Shown here: one piece after another, positions 20,452 to 29,900 of the stretch
How positions within the stretch are numbered: the first letter of the stretch is position 1
Layout: each line of letters begins with the position of its first letter
Virus record (IMG/VR): IMGVR_UViG_3300031555_004037
Reading direction: 5' to 3' (one strand)
DNA length: 64,000 bases
From: a virus
Taxonomy: Duplodnaviria > Heunggongvirae > Uroviricota > Caudoviricetes
Translations under genes and position numbers: made by a program
Notes under the pieces: model-generated
Told to the model about the DNA's origin: nothing
Databases searched by the model: none
The model's input: the letters and a program-made list of their open reading frames with translations, nothing else

Positions 20452-20793
20452 ATGAATGAGATTAAAATTGATGGTTGCGTTCAGAAAGATGTAAAACTTT
20501 TTGACGAAATTGCTAATTTTAACATTTCTGCTATAACTGGACAATATACTTGTGTGGATAACACGAAGAAGAATAGATTTACTTATATTCGTGTTATCTT
20601 TCCACACCAAGTAGACGAGTATATGGAAAGTATTTTGCAACCAAATTCAATGATTAGAATTTATGGTTCATTAGATTCTGAACAATATACTACTACAAGT
20701 AATAAGATTGTCTATAATAAAATTATTAGAGCAGATAAAATTGTTAGAATTAGATATGATAAAGATTTACAAGATTATGTGGAGGTAATTTAG
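20452..20793 (+). CDS. Second SSB-like OB-fold protein
   Basis: MNEIKIDG..KD, F.I, YIRV, IRIYGSL and IRAD pattern; lacks an acidic tail. Confidence 0.55.
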   Translation: MNEIKIDGCVQKDVKLFDEIANFNISAITGQYTCVDNTKKNRFTYIRVIFPHQVDEYMESILQPNSMIRIYGSLDSEQYTTTSNKIVYNKIIRADKIVRIRYDKDLQDYVEVI

Positions 20794-20795
20794 TT

Positions 20796-21287
20796 ATGGC
20801 AAAAGAGAAAACAAAGCGTTCTCCACAAAAATTAGCCAAAAAATTTGAAAATGAATTACCTGAAGTTGCAAAAAGACATAATTTTAGAGTTTCTAGTCCT
20901 TATGGATATTATCCAGAAGATGTAGATAAAGTCGTAATTCAATTTGAATCAGATGTATCTAATCTTACAAAGGAAAATAAAAAGTTAAGTGAAGAAGTAC
21001 ACGAAACAAAAGAAAGATTGACAAAAATACAAACAGAATTAACTCAATTAAAGATGCAAATGTCTTTAATGGAAATTCCAGATGTATCTCAATCTGAAAG
21101 TTTTGCTATGTTAAGTAGAATGAGTACAATAAATGGAGAAAGTATGGAAATGCCAGATGAAGATATTGTAATTAAACCTACTCCATCTAACATTAAACCT
21201 ATCAGTACAAATAATAAAACTGAAAATAAATCCACTCCTAAACCTGCGACTTATTCAAATTTAATAAAGCCAAAAATTAAACTTTAG
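20796..21287 (+). CDS. DivIVA/GpsB-domain coiled-coil protein
   Basis: F....GY.PEDVD motif followed by a coiled coil. Confidence 0.65.
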   Translation: MAKEKTKRSPQKLAKKFENELPEVAKRHNFRVSSPYGYYPEDVDKVVIQFESDVSNLTKENKKLSEEVHETKERLTKIQTELTQLKMQMSLMEIPDVSQSESFAMLSRMSTINGESMEMPDEDIVIKPTPSNIKPISTNNKTENKSTPKPATYSNLIKPKIKL

Positions 21288-21300
21288 GGGGTAAATTAGT

Positions 21301-21885
21301 ATGGCAAATGATGCTTTAGAACGCTTATATAATAGTAATATGCAAGAGCAATCTAATTATTCATTAGAAGAACAGATGGACTCTGCTACAAATGAAGAAG
21401 AATTTTTAGAAGGAATGTCAGACGCATCAAAATCAGCATTATTTAAAGCAACAGAGATTACTTTAGAAGATATTGAAGAAGATGTTTCAGAAGATGTTTC
21501 AGAAGAAGATGATGGAATTATTTTATCTAATCCTAATATTTTAGATACAAATACTACTGAAATTGAAGAAAATGTTCCTTCAGAATCAAAAATTTCAGAT
21601 GAAATTGAAGATAATTCTTCTGAAATTGAAGATAATTCTTCAAATGAAGTGCTATTTAATAATAAGAAAGAGATTAAAAAATCTCGTAAACCTAGAAAAC
21701 CTAGAACATTAGTTGAAAATAAATCTACGGTTGAAACAACAACATCAACTGCTGAATTTAATCCAATTATGGACCAATTAGCAAAAGATGTAATTGATGA
21801 TTTGCGTATGAATAAGTATAAAATCAGTAGATTTGATAATTCAACTATGGAATTGGTTTTTGCTTATATGTATAATAAATTTTAA
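21301..21885 (+). CDS. Acidic low-complexity hypothetical protein
   Basis: ORF with short internal tandem repeats (EIEDNSS x2, EDVS x2). Confidence 0.65.
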   Translation: MANDALERLYNSNMQEQSNYSLEEQMDSATNEEEFLEGMSDASKSALFKATEITLEDIEEDVSEDVSEEDDGIILSNPNILDTNTTEIEENVPSESKISDEIEDNSSEIEDNSSNEVLFNNKKEIKKSRKPRKPRTLVENKSTVETTTSTAEFNPIMDQLAKDVIDDLRMNKYKISRFDNSTMELVFAYMYNKF

Positions 21886-21900
21886 AAGGAGGAAATCACT

Positions 21901-22248
21901 ATGGAGTTATTATTAGCAAAATTGATGACCTATCTACCTTTCTTAATGGCTTTTGCAGAAGATGAGGGTAATTTTATTAGTGGTATTGTTGGTTGGGTAG
22001 CAGGTATCGGTGGTGGTATCATTGCAATCTTCATTATTGTATCATTAGTAAAAGATGGTGTTGAATTTTCTAAAGGTCAAGGTAATTCTTCTATTTGGAA
22101 GATTATCGGTAAGGTATTATTCTTACTTATTATTTTAGGTTTAATTTATCTTGCTGTTAATTATGAATCACTTGGTCAGAGAGCACAGAATGTTGGAGAA
22201 GATGCTCTTAATATAATCGAAGATGAAGTCGATACAATGTTAGAATAA
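21901..22248 (+). CDS. VirB2/TrbC-like pilin or small T4SS membrane protein
   Basis: Leader ending AFA, then two Gly-rich TM helices separated by a short loop. Confidence 0.5.
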   Translation: MELLLAKLMTYLPFLMAFAEDEGNFISGIVGWVAGIGGGIIAIFIIVSLVKDGVEFSKGQGNSSIWKIIGKVLFLLIILGLIYLAVNYESLGQRAQNVGEDALNIIEDEVDTMLE

Positions 22249-22266
22249 ATAAGGGGGGAGATTATT

Positions 22267-22656
22267 ATGTATGATGCAGAACAAATTCAAGAACTAGCAA
22301 AAAAGGATATGTTAGTATTAGAATTAGTTAAAGTCTTGTCGAATAAGACTCATAAAAATTTAATGGTGCATAGTAAATCTTCCCCATTAGATATTGCTAT
22401 GACTTTAGGAGATAATGATGTACTTATTACTAATAATAAATATCAAAGTGAATGTAGTGATTTTTATGTAATTGTTAATCGGTATATATTTGATAAAAGA
22501 TATTGGTTAATTAATGTTGATGAAGATGGTAAAACAATAAATAACTATGAGATAATTGATTATATCAATGATTTAGGGATTTGTGAAGATTTATCTCGAA
22601 GAGTTAATGCAATTATTCAACAATGTGAATTGGTATATTTACCTATTCAAGAGTAA
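22267..22656 (+). CDS. Hypothetical protein
   Basis: ORF with RBS. Confidence 0.65.
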   Translation: MYDAEQIQELAKKDMLVLELVKVLSNKTHKNLMVHSKSSPLDIAMTLGDNDVLITNNKYQSECSDFYVIVNRYIFDKRYWLINVDEDGKTINNYEIIDYINDLGICEDLSRRVNAIIQQCELVYLPIQE

Positions 22657-22694
22657 GGAAATTTTAAAAATAATATTATAGGAGGAATACAAAG

Positions 22695-23297
22695 ATGTCA
22701 CTTGTAGATTTTATGCAACAACTTCAAGAACAAGATAATCTTGTATATAGTGAAGTTCCAGAACCATCTATTAGAGTTATTCCACCTGAAAAAACAGTAA
22801 CAAAAATTATTCCACCTGAAAGCACGGTTGTAAAACCACCTACTACGATTAAATTAAAAATAAATCAAAAGTCGGTTGTGGTAAATAATGAAGTTCCTAA
22901 TAAAGTGGAAGATACTCAAGTGGTTTCTAATAATTCTATATTAAAAACTCCACCAAAAGTACAAGAAACTGTACAACAATCTGTACAAGAAACAGTACGA
23001 GTACAACCACAACAACAAATTGTTGAAAAACAAGTAGTTGAAAAAGTTCAAGTTGAACAACCTAAAAAGTTGTCCGAAGAAGAACTATTTATTAATACAG
23101 GAACAGAATCAAGTAAAATGAATATTTGGTTAGAATATTATCATAAGGCTAAAAGTAGTAGGAAATCAAATCAGATTGTCGAAAGAATGAAAATGGGTAG
23201 ATTTACTATTACACCAGATAATAAAGTTCTTTTATTACCAGACTATGATATAGTTGGTAAAGACCCTGATGATGTGCTAAAGGATAAATGGTTTTAG
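22695..23297 (+). CDS. Hypothetical protein with V/Q/P-rich linker
   Basis: RBS AGGAGG. Confidence 0.65.
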   Translation: MSLVDFMQQLQEQDNLVYSEVPEPSIRVIPPEKTVTKIIPPESTVVKPPTTIKLKINQKSVVVNNEVPNKVEDTQVVSNNSILKTPPKVQETVQQSVQETVRVQPQQQIVEKQVVEKVQVEQPKKLSEEELFINTGTESSKMNIWLEYYHKAKSSRKSNQIVERMKMGRFTITPDNKVLLLPDYDIVGKDPDDVLKDKWF

Positions 23298-23545
23298 GTA
23301 TCTCTTAACACCTCTCATATATTTATAACCTAAAAGTGTGTCTTGTTTGACATTAAGCATTTTTGTGGTATTAATACAATTTTTTATATATGATGTGTTA
23401 TTACATACATTGACGGGTCTAGCAATTATTATATTGTTAGGCTCGTCTTAAATTTTGAAAATTTGTATACAATAATTATTTTTATTGTTATAATGATTAT
23501 TTGAAATAAAGAACTATTTAATTAATAAGAAAGGAAATTAGAAAA

Positions 23546-23896
23546 ATGAAAACAATTAGAGATGATAATTTCTTGAATGGTACATTGAATTTATGTATTA
23601 TGGAAGAACAAAAATTGATTTTGGGTAGATTTGTTATTTATGACCCTAAATCAGACGAAATTTTTGAATTTACTGCTAAAGCAAAATGTCATAATGATGA
23701 TATTTTTGATGAAGCACTTGGAATTAAAATTGTCAAATTGCGTATAGCAAAGAAATATTACTCTTTTGTGAGAAATGTTTCTAATGAAGCAATTCAACAC
23801 TTCGTTAAATGCTTGAATATGGCAACTAGAGATTTTGAAAAATCTTCTCGTAAGATTGAAAACATTAACAATACTTTGCTAAAAATACACTCCTAA
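23546..23896 (+). CDS. Hypothetical protein of large-phage type
   Basis: AKC...D.FDE..G..I..LR motif; RBS. Confidence 0.6.
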   Translation: MKTIRDDNFLNGTLNLCIMEEQKLILGRFVIYDPKSDEIFEFTAKAKCHNDDIFDEALGIKIVKLRIAKKYYSFVRNVSNEAIQHFVKCLNMATRDFEKSSRKIENINNTLLKIHS

Positions 23897-23954
23897 TAGA
23901 GTGTTTTTTATAAATATTATAACTATATTATTTAATTTAAAAGGAGAGAAAATT

Positions 23955-26900
23955 ATGAAACGCAAAACCAAAACTCTTGGTGCTAGAATTGTATCTAGCC
24001 TACTCGTTTTAGGTATGGTATTCTCTGCTTGTCCTGTAACTACTTATGCTGACTCTGATGAGTTTGAAAATGTTACAGTAGACGAAAATTCTGACGAGGT
24101 TGTGGTCGTATTAGATGAAGATAATACTGACCCTAATGTTGATTCAATTCCAACAGATGAAAACCTTGTTGAAGAAGAAATCGTTGAGGACACAGTTGAA
24201 CCACCTGAAACAACTAATGAAACTGAAATTACAACTGAAACTAATTCAGAAGTTACAACTGAAACTTCTTCTGAAATTACTACTGAAGTAGTAGAAGATA
24301 CTACTGATGTGACAGAAGAGAATAGTGAACTCACTACTGAAACAAGTGAAACTTCTGAAACCACAGATACAACTGAAATTTCTACTGAAAATACCGAAGA
24401 CGTGACTACCGAAGAGAGTTCGGAAGAAACTACAGAGGAAACTACAGAAGAAGAAGTTGAAGAAATCGAATTGGTTGTTTTTGACCATTACTTTACTGAA
24501 ATTAATGAATCTTTAGTTCAAACTCCTGATTTATTAGTTCAAACTAATGACCCTTCAATTTTTACAAAGAATACTAATGTCGTATCTAATTATGACGATG
24601 TTTATGTAATCTCTTGTAGTTCTGTTGAAGAGGCAAGATTTGTTTATTCTTATTATGTAGATAAAGTATCTAATATTACAGATATGTCTAATGTAATGTC
24701 TATTGCAACAGAAGATGTTGAAGAAACAGAAGAAGTTGTTGAAGATGTTGCTGATTTAGATAATCTTAATGAGGGTAATGACGCTATTGCAAATCTTGAT
24801 AATATTGAGATTTCTAATTATAGTGGTTATATTGCTCTTATTGATACTGGTGCTAATGCAGATGCTAATTTCTCTGTTGTTGGAGATGATACATCTGACT
24901 CAAATGGTCACGGTACTCAAATGCTTAACTACATTAAAGAAGAAAATCCTAATGCAAAAGTAATGTCTATTAAAGTATTTAATGGCTCATCTACTTCCGC
25001 AGCAGATGTTTATGCAGGTATTAAACTTGCTATTGATTCTAATGTATCAGTTATTAACTTATCTTTAGTTGGTGCTAATATTGAAAAGAACGCTATTGTT
25101 AAAGATGCAATTCAAGAGGCTATTGATAAAGGTATTGTCGTAATCGGTGCTGCTGGTAACTATAATACTAATGCAAAGAGTTATATTCCTGGTTGTATTG
25201 ATAGTGTAATTACTGTTGGTGCTGCTAATGAGAATGGTACAAAATATAGTTCTTCTAACTTTAATGCTGATATTTATGTAGTTGCTACATCTACATCAGA
25301 GGCATCTGCTAGATATACAGGTATGTATACTGCAAATAATACTGAAAATGATAGAGTATTTACTACTTTATTATCAGAAGATGACGTTGTAGAAGATACA
25401 GAAGAAGATACAACTGAAAATGAAGAAGAAACTGAAATTAATGACGACCTTATTGCAGTTGTTGAACATTATACTAATGGAGTATTAAATGTACCAAATC
25501 CTATTGATATGGAAGCATTTAGAATTGCTGACAATAGAAAGGATTTAGGATTGATTGCAAATGGTAAATGGGCAAGTGGTTTAAGTGGTATAGATTATGG
25601 TGTTTGTACACATACAAGTAACGGAAACGGTACAGGTAGTGCATCAAATTTTGTATCTACTACAAATGGTAGTATCACAGTTGCTCAAATATTAGGGGGT
25701 AATTCAGTTCCAACTGAATGTGAGGGTCACTTTGACAATAGTACAAATTCTAAAGGTGCTATTGTATTACCATCTGGTACAGTTGAATATAAAGCTGATT
25801 ATAAAACATATATTGCTCCAGGTGTCGTAAATGGACAAACTGTGGATTGTATCTATGTTGAATTTAATGAAATTTTATATAGAAGACAAGGTGAATCAGA
25901 TTGGTCAGTAGGATGGTCAACTCAAAATATTCCTAGAACTACTGGTACAATTACAACTACATATAACCCTAATAAAACAATTTTAGAAAATGGTACTGTA
26001 AGTAAATACACAATTACAGCATCAACAACCGTAACAGTTTTTGGTCAAACTGAAACAGTTAGAATTATTTCAGACGAGCAAACTTGGAGTAGTCAAGATA
26101 TAGTAAATGAACAAGTACGTCAAGGTGTTATAGATAGTTTGACTAATCAATTAAAAACACAAATTCAAAAAAAATATGAGGGCTTACATTATTATGGTAA
26201 AAAAGACGTTAATTTAGTTGTTACAAGTGACGCATCAAATATTATTATAGGTGGTTCTTCTACTTATAAGCAATGTAATGAACCCCAAATTTTCTGTTCA
26301 GTTTTAACTGCTTATAGACCTGCTGAAATTGAATTATCTGTAACAAAGAGATGTAATCCAGATTCTAATAAAGTAGAAATTGTTAATGGAAATCCTAATT
26401 ACTCTTTAGCAGGTACTCAATTCTATGTATGTTCAAGTGCATATAGTACAACACCTATTACAGATAAAAATGGAAATCCTGCTATTATTAATATTAATGC
26501 AAACGGTTCAAGTAATATAATCAAATTTGATAGTAGTGCAATGGCTAATCAAACCGTTTATTTATATGAGGTTTCTGTTGGTAAGGGTTATAGTATGCCT
26601 ACAGATAGATATACTGATGTAACTTTACCTACTGCTGGTCCTATAAATGTGACAGTAAATAATGACCCTGTTGATGACCCTCCTGTAATAACAATTAGAA
26701 AAGCAAATACTGAAAATACAGATGGTGTTCCTACTGGTTTAGCAAGTCTTAAAGGTGCTGTTTATACTGTTGAGCAGTATTATAATGAATCGGATTTACT
26801 TGCTGGAACTAATAAAGTGAGAACTTGGAAATACACAACTATTGATGAAAGTGGATATATTTATTTTAGAAATCCTAATTATTTGTTAGCAAACCAAAGT

Positions 26901-29900
26901 GATGATGTTTATAACAAGGGAACTGAACTTACATTTCCAGTTGGATATTATAAAATTTATGAATCTGCTGTTCCTAGTGAAGACGGTATAAATACAGGAT
27001 ATACAAAAAGTGATATTGTGTATGTAGCAAAAGTTTCACAAACTTTTACAAATGACAATATTCCTACACAAAAAGCACACACAGATTTATATATTTTAAA
27101 GAATGGAGCATTAGTAATAATCCCTACTGAAAATTTTGATGAAAAGGGAAATGTTCTTGACCCACAAGAACCTAATAATGCTTTAAAAGAATTAGAGAAT
27201 GAAAAGTGGTTAAAAATCGGTGTAAATAAAGTAGATAGAGATAGAAATAATTTATCTACAATTACATCAGGAGCACAAGGAAGTTCTTCATATGAAAATG
27301 CAGTATATTTAGTATGTTCTGCAAATCATAATGTACTTGATAATACTGATATATCAATTAACCATTTAAATTCATATTCATTTAGTAATACCGCATTATC
27401 AACAACAATTAGTGGAGTTGAATGTAATGCAACTGCCTTAAATAGAGTATCATTAAGTGATGTTATTTGGGTAGATGGAGAGCCTTTATATATTAAGACT
27501 GACGCTAATGGTTATGGAGAAACAAGTGTAGAATTACCTTATGGTAGTGAAAATTCATATTACTTAATTGAGGTTGCTGCACCTGAGGGATTTGAAATTA
27601 ATCCTAACAGATGGTATATTGATGAAACTTGGACAACTGGTGCAAATGGTGTAACCGTACCTGGTGTTACAGATATTGTTGGAGTAAACCACTCTGTAGC
27701 TTCAACTAATGACGGTAAAACTGTAGAAGACGTATATCGTGGAACTATCAATATTAAAAAGGTAGATGCACATTCAAACGGTGCAACAAATGCTGATGCA
27801 AAAGTTGAAGGAATTAGATATGCTGTTGTATTAGATGTAAATAATAGTGTAACTGGTGAAGCACAAAATTCTATTATTTGGCCGCAAACAACTAACTCTT
27901 CATATGCTGGTGTAACACCAAAAACATATGCACCTGGACAAGTTGTTGCAGTTCTCACATTAGATGCTAATGGATTAGCAAATATTAAGGAATTACCTTA
28001 TGCTAGTTATACAGTATATGAATTAAGAGAAGATGCACAAGTTCAAGCAGGACAAGTATATAGTTCTGCAAATTTAGGAACATCTAAATATGCAAACAGT
28101 TCATATTTATATACAGATTCAATGTGGGGTTCAAATGTTACAACTGATAACACATCAGATAATTTTACAGTAACAAATGTACCTATTGTAGTTGAAGAAG
28201 ATGGTGCGATTTATTCAGCAAATTATCAAAACTATGTAAAAATGGGTAAAATTACCATTAGAAAGTTTGATAAGGAAACTGATACACAAATCAATCAAGG
28301 TAGCAATGAATTTGAAGGAATTAGATATGCAGTTGTAAACCGTTCTGCTGATAAAGTAAGTTATGCAACTGTAACTGAAACTGGAGAAGAAGTTGTAGTA
28401 AAATATGATGTAAATGACGTAGTTGCTATTTTAACTCTTAATGAGAATGGATATGCAGAAATTGAGAATATGCCTTATGGTACTTATGAAGTATGTGAGT
28501 TGAGAATGGATGCAACCATTACTCCTGGTGAAACATACGATGGTTCTAATAAATTAGGTACTTCAATTTATGCAAATGAATGTTATTTATATGCTGATGA
28601 TATTATCACATATTTAATAAATTCAGACCCTATTATAACAAATGTAGCAACAATGTCAGAAGAAATTCACGAGGCTGCTTTTGTATTTGAAACAAAATAC
28701 AGTAATGCCCCTGTGAGAGGCGACCTTGAATTTTATAAATATGATATGAATGGTCGTAAGATGCCATATATTCCATTCAAAGTAACATTACTTGATGAAA
28801 ATGGAAATACTGCTTTAGATAAAGACGGAAATCCTATTTCACATATTATTATTACTGACGAGAATGGATTTGCTAATACACATAGTAGAAGTAAAGATAT
28901 AAGCAACTTAAATACATTAGACCAATATTATGTAAATGGAGTTTATACTGGTCCATTAGATGCAAATGCTGCACAAGCAAATATTTGGTTTGGAGATATT
29001 GATGCAATAGTAAATGAAAACCCTGCTTATATTTGTGAGCAGAGAGGTGCTTGTTTATATGGTTCTTATTTAATTGAAGAATTACTTTGTGATGCTAATA
29101 AAGGTCACGCACCTATGTCTATCGAACTTACTGTATCACAAAACAAACAATTAGCATCTAGTGATAGAATCCTTATCGACTTTGATATTTGGATGGATTC
29201 AGAAGCAACTGACGGATATGTTGGAACAAATACATTAAGTGTTGGTTTTGAAGACGCACCACTTAATGATGAAGTTAGAGTAACTCATATTGTAACAGAT
29301 ACTACTTATAAACTTGAAACTGAAGCCTATGCAGTTAGAGAGTCTGATGGTGCTGTTATTTCATTAGGCAAAGAAGATTCAGAAGAGTTTATGTGCGTAT
29401 ATGACGACAATGGAAAGATTGTTGTAAAACAAGGCGATGAAATTGTTGGTCGTGGCGATGACTTTGTTATTACAGAGGCAAAGATTAAGACCGATGTACA
29501 CGTTGACACTAGAAATCTTGAAGAATATGATTATGTTGCGTTAGTTGACAGATTATATATGAAAGATGGTGCTCAAACAACTGATGAAGAACATTGGACT
29601 TTAATACAAACTCATAATGAAGATTTTTCAGTTGAAACACAGAGATTATATATCCCTAAATTCAACTCAAAAGCAACCAATATCACAACTGGTACTCAAA
29701 TTGGTTCTCTTGACCCTATAACAGAAGCATCTGATAAATTTATTTATGAGAACTTTGGAGATAATGATTATTTCATCACAGTACAATTAGTTGATGATAA
29801 TGGAAATGTATTAAATGATGTAAATGGAAATCCTTGTGAATCAAATGTAACATTATTTACAAGTGAAAGATTTACTACATTTAGTAAACACTCTGAATTA

